DNA of 10,529 nt from contig CAXGUD010000080.1 in assembly GCA_964012805.1 (NCBI GenBank), positions 1 to 10,529 of the forward strand. Direction: 5' to 3'. The stretch comes from an uncultured Bacteriovoracaceae bacterium. GTDB lineage: Bacteria > Bdellovibrionota > Bacteriovoracia > Bacteriovoracales > Bacteriovoracaceae. The position numbers and the translations under genes are program-made. This document shows, piece by piece, positions 1-8,199 of this stretch; the first letter of the stretch is position 1; each line of letters begins with the position of its first letter. The notes beneath the pieces are model-generated. The model ran no database searches. It saw only the letters and a list, made by a program, of their open reading frames with translations, and was not told the origin of the DNA.

Positions 1-2
1 TC

Positions 3-2549
3 CATAGTAAAATGGAAGTTCGTCGTAATCCTGAGGCTCCAAAATCTGCCAGTTCATCTGAGCTTGTTTTGAATGGAGAAGAGATAGTTTTTGAATCTGC
101 TTCCATTAATGGAAAGAATTTAGAGAAAAAGGATTATGTTTTAGGAGCCGAAACTCTTAGATTAAAAGTCCCTGCAGAAAAATTTACTTTAGAAATCGAA
201 AACTTTATAAACCCTGAAGAAAATAAGGCACTTGATGGTCTCTACAAATCAGGTAATATTTTTTGTACCCAAAATGAGCCGGAAGGTTTTAGAAGAATAA
301 CATATTATTTGGATAGACCTGATGTGATGGCAAAATTCACGACAAAGGTTATCGCTGATAAAAAAAGTTGCCCAATCCTTCTTTCAAATGGAAATCCAAT
401 AGATTCAGGAGATTTAGAGGGGGGACAACATTACGTTGTTTGGGAAGATCCCTTTCTTAAGCCATGTTATCTTTATGCTTTGGTCGCAGGTGATCTTGGG
501 CTTGTTCAGGACGAGTATACAACTGGGAGTGGGAGAAAAATTGATCTAAGAATTTATTGCGATAAAGGTAATGAAGATAAATGTTCTCATGCCATGGAAT
601 CTTTAAAAAATTCTATGAAATGGGACGAAGATGTTTATGGGTTAGAATACGACCTTGATATTTATATGATTGTTGCTGTTGATGCGTTCAATATGGGCGC
701 CATGGAAAATAAAGGCCTTAATATTTTTAATACAAGTTGTGTTTTGGCCAACCCAAAAACTGCAACCGATCGAGCTTTCCAAAGAATTGAAGGTGTTGTT
801 TCTCATGAGTACTTTCACAACTGGACTGGAAATAGGGTTACTTGCCGTGATTGGTTTCAGTTAACTCTTAAAGAAGGTTTAACAGTTTTTAGAGATCAGG
901 AGTTTTCTTCTGATATGAATTCAAGACCAGTCCAAAGGATAGAGGATGTTCAAAATTTAAAGCAGGGTCAGTTCATAGAAGATGCCGGTCCAACATCTCA
1001 TCCTATTAAGCCAGATACATATCTTGAAATTAATAACTTCTACACCTCAACTATTTATGAAAAGGGATCTGAAGTTATAAGAATGATTCAAACATTTTTA
1101 GGTAAAGATGGTTTTCGAAAAGGGATGGATAAGTATTTTGAACTTTTTGATGGCCAAGCAGTGACTACGGAAGATTTTTTACATGCTATGAGCATAGCTA
1201 ATAATGACTTTGATTTTTCCCAATTTAAAAATTGGTACAACCAATCTGGGACACCTCAATTGTTTGCAGACTTTTCTTATTCTAAAGAAGAAAAAACATT
1301 CACTTTAAAGCTTAACCAAAAAACACCTTCAACACCGGGCCAGAGCGAAAAACTTCCCTTTCACTTTCCTCTTAAAATGAGTCTTATCTCGAAGAGTGGT
1401 CAGGAACTTCCTTTGAAGTTAAAAGATGAAAGCTTTCAACCTCAACTTCATGATGGTGTTTTGCATGTTAGAAATGAAGAAGAATCTTTTGTGTTTGAAA
1501 ATATTTCTGAAAAACCTCTTCCTTCACTTAACAGAGACTTCTCGGCACCGATTCGTTTAATGGCCAATTATTCAAATGAAGACCTTGCTTTTCTTATGAG
1601 TAATGACAAAGACGAATTTAATAGGTTTGAAGCAGGTCAGACCTTTGCAATGAGAATTATTGAAGAGCTTATATCAAAAAGTCAAAATGGTGAGACACTT
1701 CAATTACCTGAAGCCTATATTAAAGCTTTTGGAAAACTTCTCGACCTAGAAGGAGTTTCACATTCTTTTAAGGCAAAATGCCTTTGTTTGCCTACGGAGG
1801 AGCTCATTTATCAAAATCAAAGTATTATTGATGTTGAGTCGACTTTCCATTCAATAAACTTTCTAAGAAAAACTCTGGCAGGTGTTTATAAAGATAAATT
1901 TTTAAAGCTTTATAATGAACTCAATGATAGGGCCCCTTATGATGTTCATATTGACTCTATTGGAAAAAGAGAAATCAAAAATAGATGCCTAGCTTATTTG
2001 ATGGAGTTAGATACTCCAGAGATCGTTGAAACTTGCCTAAAGCAATTTCAAGAAGCAACAAACATGACTGACGAATTAGGAGCTTTGGCCGCTATAAATA
2101 ATTCAAAAAGCGAAGAAAGAAAAAAAGTCATGGGTCAATTCTTTGAAAAGTGGAAGCATGAAACTCTTGTTATCCAAATGTGGCTGTCTCTTCAAGGCTC
2201 CTCTACTTTATCTGATACTTTATCAAATGTTAAAGAGCTTGAGTCCTCTACCGTATATGACAAAACTATTCCAAATATTGTGAGATCTCTTCTTGGAGCT
2301 TATGCCAATAATAATATTCATTTCCACTCAAAAGATGGGCTTGGTTATGAGTATATTGCTGAAAAGATTCTGGAGCTAGATTCAGTAAACCCACAGGTAG
2401 CATCAAGGCTTGCAGGGGCTTTTAGGCCTTACCAATTAATGGCAGAGGAAAATAGATTGAAGATGGAAGACCAATTGAAAAAAATGAAAGCTCATCCAAA
2501 TCTCTCGAAAAATGTTTACGAAATTGTTTCTAAAATTTTAGAAAATTAA
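3..2549 (+). CDS. pepN: Aminopeptidase N (M1 family Zn-metallopeptidase), 5' end probably outside the window
   Basis: GAMEN exopeptidase motif (from nt 696), HEYFH-X18-E zinc motif ([25 protein letters not shown], from nt 804), [22 protein letters not shown] and [18 protein letters not shown] blocks typical of proteobacterial-type PepN, and a C-terminal NPQVASRL domain. The frame is open upstream of the ATG at 12 (CAT AGT AAA from nt 3) and the usual N-terminal segment is absent, so the true start likely precedes the window. Confidence 0.97.
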   Translation, partial: HSKMEVRRNPEAPKSASSSELVLNGEEIVFESASINGKNLEKKDYVLGAETLRLKVPAEKFTLEIENFINPEENKALDGLYKSGNIFCTQNEPEGFRRITYYLDRPDVMAKFTTKVIADKKSCPILLSNGNPIDSGDLEGGQHYVVWEDPFLKPCYLYALVAGDLGLVQDEYTTGSGRKIDLRIYCDKGNEDKCSHAMESLKNSMKWDEDVYGLEYDLDIYMIVAVDAFNMGAMENKGLNIFNTSCVLANPKTATDRAFQRIEGVVSHEYFHNWTGNRVTCRDWFQLTLKEGLTVFRDQEFSSDMNSRPVQRIEDVQNLKQGQFIEDAGPTSHPIKPDTYLEINNFYTSTIYEKGSEVIRMIQTFLGKDGFRKGMDKYFELFDGQAVTTEDFLHAMSIANNDFDFSQFKNWYNQSGTPQLFADFSYSKEEKTFTLKLNQKTPSTPGQSEKLPFHFPLKMSLISKSGQELPLKLKDESFQPQLHDGVLHVRNEEESFVFENISEKPLPSLNRDFSAPIRLMANYSNEDLAFLMSNDKDEFNRFEAGQTFAMRIIEELISKSQNGETLQLPEAYIKAFGKLLDLEGVSHSFKAKCLCLPTEELIYQNQSIIDVESTFHSINFLRKTLAGVYKDKFLKLYNELNDRAPYDVHIDSIGKREIKNRCLAYLMELDTPEIVETCLKQFQEATNMTDELGALAAINNSKSEERKKVMGQFFEKWKHETLVIQMWLSLQGSSTLSDTLSNVKELESSTVYDKTIPNIVRSLLGAYANNNIHFHSKDGLGYEYIAEKILELDSVNPQVASRLAGAFRPYQLMAEENRLKMEDQLKKMKAHPNLSKNVYEIVSKILEN

Positions 2550-2580
2550 AATTCTTATTTTTAATTTATGTTGAAGTTTT

Positions 2581-2615
2581 TTGCCAAGACCTCACTAAAT
2601 GTGGGGCCTTGGCAA
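2581..2615. terminator. Probable intrinsic terminator hairpin between convergent pepN and fbaA, possibly bidirectional
   Basis: TTGCCAAGACCTCAC-TAAAT-GTGGGGCCTTGGCAA: 15-bp stem with 13 Watson-Crick pairs, plus one G-U and one mismatch on either strand. Followed by TTTAAGATTTTT on +. No clean U-tract on the - strand. Confidence 0.75.
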
Positions 2616-2631
2616 TTTAAGATTTTTGAAT

Positions 2632-3699
2632 CTAAAGGCTAGCTTCTAATGATTTGCGTTCAACTTTTTTTTTTGCTTGAAAAAGACTTTTTCCAGCACT
2701 TTTTAGGTCTGATGCTGCAGTAATAATTCTTTCAGTCATACTTTTCTCTGCAGCTTTCATCCAGGCCCTAGGGTCATAAAACTTCTTGGCACCCACTTCC
2801 CCTTCAACTTTTAAGACTTTGTCGTAATTTCTCATCATGTGATCCACGACGGGTCTTGTGTAGGCATATTGGGTGTCAGTATCAATATTCATTTTAATAA
2901 CACCATAGTCTAAGGTTTCATGGATTTCGCTTAACTCAGAGCCTGAGCCGCCATGGAAAACAAGGTAATGCTTGCTTTTCTCTCCGAGCTTTGAGGTCAC
3001 AGCGTCTTGACCATTTTTTAGAATTTCAGGGCGAAGTTTCACGTTACCTGGCTTATAAACACCATGAACATTTCCAAAAGTTGCTGCATACATGAATGTA
3101 CCAACAGGACCTAATGTTTCTGCTACTTGGACCATTTCTTCACTTGTCGTATAAAGTTTGTCTGCTGGAGTGTCCTCATTATTAACTCCATCCTCTTCTC
3201 CACCAACAACCCCTGTTTCAACTTCTAGAATAATTTGGCTTTTCGCACACCTTTCTAAAAGGTCTTTTGATAAGGCCATATTTTTATCTAGTGGAAGCTC
3301 TGAGCCATCAAACATGTGAGAGTTAAAAAGGTTAGGAAGCCCTTTGGCCCTTCTCTTTTCAGTTTCCTCAATAAGGGGAAGGAGGAAGCTTTCAATATAC
3401 TGGGGATGGCAATGATCAGTATGAAGTGCCACTAAGACATCATATTTTTCAGCGACTAGGTGCACATGCTGGGCCAGACTGATGGCCCCTAAAGCCATGT
3501 CCCCAATACCTTGTCCTGAAGCAAATTTACCCCCACCAGTTGAAACCTGAATGATTCCGTCAGATTTAGCATCTGCAAAAGCTTTTATGGCAGCATTTGC
3601 CGTAGAAGTAGATGTTACGTTGATAGCAGGATAAGCGTAACGCCCTTCCCTCGCTTTTTCTAGCATTTCACAGTATTGTTCATAGTTAGCGACTGGCAT
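2632..3699 (-). CDS. fbaA: Class II (metal-dependent) fructose-1,6-bisphosphate aldolase, 355 aa
   Basis: Motifs AYPAINV, VALHTDH, NSHMFDGS, LEVETGVVGGEEDG, FGNVHGVYKPGNVKL, VFHGGSGS, KMNIDTDTQYA, YDPRAW. Start moved from 3738 to ATG 3699 (MPVANYEQY), which follows the SD-like AGGGGGG at 6 nt and matches the usual N-terminus of this subfamily. Confidence 0.96.
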   Translation of the reverse strand: MPVANYEQYCEMLEKAREGRYAYPAINVTSTSTANAAIKAFADAKSDGIIQVSTGGGKFASGQGIGDMALGAISLAQHVHLVAEKYDVLVALHTDHCHPQYIESFLLPLIEETEKRRAKGLPNLFNSHMFDGSELPLDKNMALSKDLLERCAKSQIILEVETGVVGGEEDGVNNEDTPADKLYTTSEEMVQVAETLGPVGTFMYAATFGNVHGVYKPGNVKLRPEILKNGQDAVTSKLGEKSKHYLVFHGGSGSELSEIHETLDYGVIKMNIDTDTQYAYTRPVVDHMMRNYDKVLKVEGEVGAKKFYDPRAWMKAAEKSMTERIITAASDLKSAGKSLFQAKKKVERKSLEASL

Positions 3700-3875
3700 A
3701 ATGGACCCCCCTAGGTTATGAAAGCTTAGTTTTTGCATGTTTTTGAAATGGTGTAAACAGGGCCATTAAACATCAAATTTTTTTTAGAGACATCATGCTA
3801 TGCATTGATTTATGGTAGTCTTTCTCTTTCTTTTGGAGGAGAATAGAGATTTAATTGTTTAGAAAAAAAGAAATG

Positions 3876-3909
3876 ATCTTCACCTTTTTAGGTGGCGGAA
3901 GATTTTTTT
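3876..3909 (+). promoter_or_regulatory. Terminator-like hairpin plus T7 tract in the 5' leader of the E1 gene (possible attenuator)
   Basis: ATCTT-CACCT-TTTT-AGGTG-(GCGG bulge)-AAGAT running into TTTTTTT (3903-3909), ending 13 nt before ATG 3923. Confidence 0.35.
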
Positions 3910-3922
3910 GTGGGGAAAAAGA

Positions 3923-6043
3923 ATGAGTAAAAAAGCTGGATCTAAAAGCGGAAAAAAGGTGAATAAAAAAAGCACGGGGAAAAATGCTGTGAAAAATACA
4001 ACAAAGAAAAAGATGACAAGGTATTCGCTCAAGGAAACAGATAAGAGTGTTCTTAAAACTTGGTTTTCTCTTATGAGTTTAGGGAGGATGCTAGATGAAA
4101 GAGCGCCTAATTATTTAAAGCAGGCCATAGGCTGGTCCTATCATGCGCCTTATGCTGGTCACGATGGTATTCAGCTTGCGATCGGACAACTCTTTAGTCT
4201 TAATGAAGACCATCTTTTTCCGTACTACAGAGACATGCTCACATGTTTGTCTGCTGGACTAACGGCTGAAGAAATTATCTTAAACGGTATTTCAAAAGGA
4301 ACGGATGTAGCGAGTGGTGGCCGCCATATGAGTAACCACTTTGCTAAGCCTGAATGGAATATTCACAATGTCTCCAGCTGTACTGGCAACCATACTCTTC
4401 ATGCTGTAGGGGTCGCCAGGGCCATAAAAAGATACAATCACAATGGCTGTGCTATTAGCTCTCAGGGAGAGTCCTCAACTTCTGAGGGCTATTGCTATGA
4501 GGCCATCAATGGAGCGACATGCGAAAAACTTCCCGTCATTTTTGTCTTCCAGGATAACGGTTATGGAATATCGGTTCCTAAGTGTGATCAGACTGCCAAC
4601 GAATTTTGTGCTGACAACTTTACAGGCTTCCTTAATTTAAAAATTATTCACTGTGACGGGACTGATGTCATTGACTCTATGAATGCGATGACTAAGGCCC
4701 GTGAACACGTTATGAAGGAGGGAACTCCTGTTATTGTTCATGCAAATTGTGTAAGGATTCATAATCACTCTAACTCCGATAACCATATTCTCTATAGGGA
4801 TGAAAAGGAATTGGCCGAAGTGAAGGCCAAAGACCCACTTGTGAGGTTTAGGAAAGAGTTGATCAAAAGTAAAAGGTTTACAAATGCAGAATTAGAAAAA
4901 ATTGAAGAAGAAATGAAAGAGGAAATGTTAGAGGCCCATACAAAATGTATGTCGGCCCCTAACCCTGATCCAAACTCAATCCATGATTTTGTGATTCCTG
5001 AGCCTTACGTTTCTCAAAGATTTCCTGATGGAGATCATAATGAAACAGGAAATGAAGTTAAATTTATAGATGCTCTTAATACAACTCTTAAAGAGGAGTT
5101 TAGGCATAATCCAAATACCTTTATTTGGGGTCAAGATATGGCCAATAAAGATAAGGGCGGGATTTTTAACGTTTCGAAAGGCATGCAACAAGAGTTTGGG
5201 AAAGAAAGAGTTTTTAATGCTCCTATTGCTGAAGATTTCATTGTTGGAACGGCAAATGGTTTTAGCCGTTTTAGAGATGATATAAGAGTCGTTGTAGAGG
5301 GAGCTGAATTTGCTGATTACTTTTGGCCTGCTATGGAACAACTTGTAGAGTGTTCCCACGATTATTGGAGGTCTAATGGACAATTTTCACCTAATGTTGT
5401 GATTAGGCTTGCCTCCGGCGGTTATATTGGCGGTGGGCTTTATCATTCACAAAACATTGAAGGAACATTAACGACCTTTCCAGGTTTAAGAGTTGTTTCT
5501 CCATCCTTCGCTGACGATGCAGCAGGTTTATTGAGGACTTCTATTAGGTCCAAAGGAATGACACTTTATCTAGAGCCCAAGGCCCTCTATAACGCAAAAT
5601 ATGCGATGAGTTCTATTCCAGAAGAATACGAAGTCCCTTTTGGAAAGGCGAAGGTAAGGCGTGAGGGAGAGGACCTTTCGATTATCACTTATGGGAATAC
5701 AGTCCATTATAGCTTAGATGCTGCCAAAGAGCTTGAAGAAGAAGGGTATAATGTTGAGATCCTTGACCTTCGTTCTCTAAGTCCTCTTGATACAGATAGT
5801 ATTGTCCAAACTGTCGCCAAAACGAATAGGGCCCTTGTCGTCCATGAAGACAAAGTTTTTGCTGGTTTTGGTGGTGAAGTTGTTTCTGTTATCAATGAAT
5901 TGGCTTTTGAGCACCTAGATGCTCCCGTTCAAAGGTGCGGTTCTACTTTTACACCTGTTGGATTTAACAGAATTTTAGAGAGGGCCGTCCTCCCAAATAA
6001 GCAGAGGATTAAGGAGAAGGCCCTTGAAGTTTTGAGGTATTAA
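3923..6043 (+). CDS. Fused E1 alpha/beta ThDP-dependent 2-oxoacid dehydrogenase (2-oxoisovalerate/branched-chain dehydrogenase-like)
   Basis: Alpha half: FPYYRD, SGGRHMSNHF, ThDP motif variant GES-X26-DN, RIHNHSNSD loop. Beta half: WGQD, RVFNAPIAE, EFADY, GGLYHSQNIEG, YLEPKALY, VPFGKA, DLRSLSPLD, VVHED, LDAPV. Start placed at ATG 3923 (GGGG upstream) rather than TTG 3908; ATG 4013 is an alternative. Substrate specificity is inferred. Confidence 0.93.
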   Translation: MSKKAGSKSGKKVNKKSTGKNAVKNTTKKKMTRYSLKETDKSVLKTWFSLMSLGRMLDERAPNYLKQAIGWSYHAPYAGHDGIQLAIGQLFSLNEDHLFPYYRDMLTCLSAGLTAEEIILNGISKGTDVASGGRHMSNHFAKPEWNIHNVSSCTGNHTLHAVGVARAIKRYNHNGCAISSQGESSTSEGYCYEAINGATCEKLPVIFVFQDNGYGISVPKCDQTANEFCADNFTGFLNLKIIHCDGTDVIDSMNAMTKAREHVMKEGTPVIVHANCVRIHNHSNSDNHILYRDEKELAEVKAKDPLVRFRKELIKSKRFTNAELEKIEEEMKEEMLEAHTKCMSAPNPDPNSIHDFVIPEPYVSQRFPDGDHNETGNEVKFIDALNTTLKEEFRHNPNTFIWGQDMANKDKGGIFNVSKGMQQEFGKERVFNAPIAEDFIVGTANGFSRFRDDIRVVVEGAEFADYFWPAMEQLVECSHDYWRSNGQFSPNVVIRLASGGYIGGGLYHSQNIEGTLTTFPGLRVVSPSFADDAAGLLRTSIRSKGMTLYLEPKALYNAKYAMSSIPEEYEVPFGKAKVRREGEDLSIITYGNTVHYSLDAAKELEEEGYNVEILDLRSLSPLDTDSIVQTVAKTNRALVVHEDKVFAGFGGEVVSVINELAFEHLDAPVQRCGSTFTPVGFNRILERAVLPNKQRIKEKALEVLRY

Positions 6044-7434
6044 TTAAGAGGTATATATTGGTCTAAGACTCTGATGAATCCTTCCGTATCGGAAAAGTAA
6101 GAGATTCTGAGTCTTAAGGCCATATCCTTATTATTTAGTATTCTTCTGCTAATGAGAGCGTAGGGAATCGATAAACTTAAAGGCTCTTCATCCATATTTA
6201 TTTCATTTCTGGTCCTAAAGTTTTCATGAAATGAATCGCTTAAGAATTTTCCATATCTTTTTTTGTATTTTGGTGGGACCGTAACGACATTAGGATAACC
6301 TTCTTCGCCGTAGTCGTTATAAGTAAAAGTGCTTGAAATTGAAATGATATGGTTTGATCTATGCTTAATATTTCCAAAAAGGTTTAAAGTTAAAAACCGA
6401 CCATCACCATCATTTGTATTCAAGGAATATTTAAGATTATTAAAAGTTGGACTTGGAAGGCTGGTTTGATGCTTACTGGGTAAGTCTACTTTTTGTGTGA
6501 GGTAAGCGACAACAGGGTTTCCTTGCATATAGCTATTGATGTAACCAAAAGGAATGGTTCCATATCCATTTTGTCCCCAATCTTTTCCCCAACTATTTTT
6601 AAAGGTAAAAGTTCTGTTTCTTAAATTATATCCTGTTAAAACAATAGAGTGGCCACCACAAAGATCTTTGTTTTTCAGACATTCTTGTCTTAGTTGTTCG
6701 TTATGAGTTACGTAACCAGTTTCTCCATTCCACCCTTTTTTATTCACGGGTAGCCCGACAATAACAGATTGATCATAAGAGGCCATCCAAGCAGCGATAT
6801 TTTCTGCACTCGGCTCTAGAGAAACAATTTCTAGACCTTCAAAAGGGATGGCCATTTCTTGTTCTTCTTTTGTAGGAGCGAGATGAGAAAAGCAAGCTGC
6901 AGGTGTATTTGGATCTTTTTCATCATAATTTTGGCAGGGAAGTCCTCTTTTAAACCAGTTATATTGGTAAGGAAAATCTTTTTCTAAACCAAAACCTTCC
7001 TTAAGATCAAAAAGGTTATAATACGCAACAGAACCATCATCTCCAGCAAATCTTCCAAAAAGACCTTTTCCTAATTTTATGAGGTACTCTTCAGAAATAT
7101 TAACTTCATCCCCTTGATACTTTTTTATTGCATTTTCTGCCAGAGCGGCAGCAGAAAAGTAAGCACAGCTTCCTCTGCTTCCTTGGTCCTTGACTGGAGT
7201 ATGGAATTTTCTTAGATCTAAAAATTTTGGGTAGGAGGAAAGATTTTTTTCAAGGCCTGCTTCCATGATAAATCCAAAGCTATCTTTAGGAGGAGCATCC
7301 TGATAAGGAGAGAGTTGATACTGTCTATCCTTAAAATTGTAAATACCACCTTTTCCTTTCAAAAAATCTTGAGAAAAGGCTTTTGATGAAAATAGTAATA
7401 GAAAAAAAATGCAACAGCTTATATAGCTTTTCAT
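6040..7434 (-). CDS. Secreted papain-like cysteine peptidase (family C1) with additional C-terminal domain
   Basis: Signal peptide (MKSYISCCIFFLLLFSSKAFS-Q), DLR...TPVKDQGSRGSC (Gln84, Cys90), ISEEY, GGHSIVLTGY (His262), FKNSWGKDWGQNGYG (Asn280). SD AAGGAAGGA upstream of the ATG. Confidence 0.93.
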   Translation of the reverse strand: MKSYISCCIFFLLLFSSKAFSQDFLKGKGGIYNFKDRQYQLSPYQDAPPKDSFGFIMEAGLEKNLSSYPKFLDLRKFHTPVKDQGSRGSCAYFSAAALAENAIKKYQGDEVNISEEYLIKLGKGLFGRFAGDDGSVAYYNLFDLKEGFGLEKDFPYQYNWFKRGLPCQNYDEKDPNTPAACFSHLAPTKEEQEMAIPFEGLEIVSLEPSAENIAAWMASYDQSVIVGLPVNKKGWNGETGYVTHNEQLRQECLKNKDLCGGHSIVLTGYNLRNRTFTFKNSWGKDWGQNGYGTIPFGYINSYMQGNPVVAYLTQKVDLPSKHQTSLPSPTFNNLKYSLNTNDGDGRFLTLNLFGNIKHRSNHIISISSTFTYNDYGEEGYPNVVTVPPKYKKRYGKFLSDSFHENFRTRNEINMDEEPLSLSIPYALISRRILNNKDMALRLRISYFSDTEGFIRVLDQYIPLN

Positions 7435-7542
7435 AGCACTATCCTTCCTTGGTAGGCATTTGTTAATAAATAAAGAAATATTGTTTCGGTAACGGGGGAA
7501 AATGTAAAGTTTGGTGATTAAAAATCAACAAAATTGAATTAC

Positions 7543-7980
7543 CTAAGAATAAGTATCAGAAATAAATTTTAAAAGAATTTCTCTTCTTTTTGGTTCATCT
7601 CTAAATTCGGCAAGATAAAGACCCTGCCATCTTCCCAAAAAGACTTCCTGTTTTTCAATTGGAATAGAAAGACTGCTTTGTAAAAGAATTGATTTCATAT
7701 GAGAAGGAGAGTCATCAGGCCCTTCAACTGTGTGGGTAATAAAACTAAGATTTCTTGGAGCCAAATGTTTCATAAAGCTTTCCAGGTCTTTTTTAGCCGA
7801 TGGATCATAGGCTTCAGAAATAGTAAGGGCACAGCTTGTATGTTGCAGAAAAAGGTGGAGGACACCTGAGGTAGATTTAAAGTGAGGGCTTACCTCTTTT
7901 TGAAAAAATGAGTTTAGAGAACTTGTAATATCGTAGAACTTTTCACCAGATGTTTTATAGGAAAATGTATAGAGATTCAC
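7543..7980 (-). CDS. yjbQ: YjbQ/UPF0047 family protein (secondary thiamine-phosphate synthase family)
   Basis: Family motifs YDIT, HLFLQHTSCALTISE, DPS..KDL, HTVEGPDDSPSHMKS, LGRWQGLYLAEF. GTG start with SD GAGGGG located in the last codons of the upstream small gene. Confidence 0.93.
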   Translation of the reverse strand: MNLYTFSYKTSGEKFYDITSSLNSFFQKEVSPHFKSTSGVLHLFLQHTSCALTISEAYDPSAKKDLESFMKHLAPRNLSFITHTVEGPDDSPSHMKSILLQSSLSIPIEKQEVFLGRWQGLYLAEFRDEPKRREILLKFISDTYS

Positions 7981-7985
7981 TGAGA

Positions 7986-8198
7986 TTACCCCTCAAGATA
8001 ATAAACAAAAAGACAAAAAAGGATGAAAATAAAAAGAATGGCGTCAATCGTAAGCAGTTTGGCCGTTTTTTGCTTTTCAAGACCCCTTTTTTCCTTATTA
8101 ATCTTAATTTTTATTCTAATTTCTTTAATTTGTCTTTTCGTATTTCCGATTTGCTCTTCAGTAACAAGAACTTCTCTTGAAATTTCTTCTCGTTTCAT
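7986..8198 (-). CDS. Hypothetical 70-aa protein: basic coiled-coil-like segment plus C-terminal transmembrane helix
   Basis: ATG 8198 preceded by AAGGGA; product MKREEISREV...AILFIFILFCLFVYYLEG; stop lies 5 nt before the yjbQ start, as expected in an operon. Confidence 0.65.
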   Translation of the reverse strand: MKREEISREVLVTEEQIGNTKRQIKEIRIKIKINKEKRGLEKQKTAKLLTIDAILFIFILFCLFVYYLEG

Positions 8199-8199
8199 T

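Noticed and set aside
670..864. 64-aa + strand ORF
   Set aside because: Alternative frame inside the catalytic core of pepN; no independent support.
2665..2674. T10 homopolymer as a phase-variation switch
   Set aside because: It lies after the catalytic domain, about 10 codons from the stop, so slippage would change only the tail.
3700..3738. 13-codon N-terminal extension of fbaA in the ORF track
   Set aside because: It contains the SD for ATG 3699, and family similarity begins at MPVA.
3792..3809. Imperfect palindrome ATCATGC-TAT-GCATTGAT in the fbaA/E1 divergent region
   Set aside because: Needs a 1-nt gap, occurs once and matches no motif I recognise; too weak to call.
3740..3922. TPP riboswitch upstream of the ThDP-dependent E1
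   Set aside because: The conserved CUGAGA and CCUGA...AAU...GCGUAGGGA elements are not present.
4443..5895. ORFs 4443..4640 (+), 4976..5383 (-), 5070..5285 (+), 5707..5895 (-)
   Set aside because: Shadow or antisense frames within the well-supported E1 gene.
7514..7528. FNR/CRP box upstream of the peptidase
   Set aside because: Half-site spacing is one base too long for TTGAT-N4-ATCAA.
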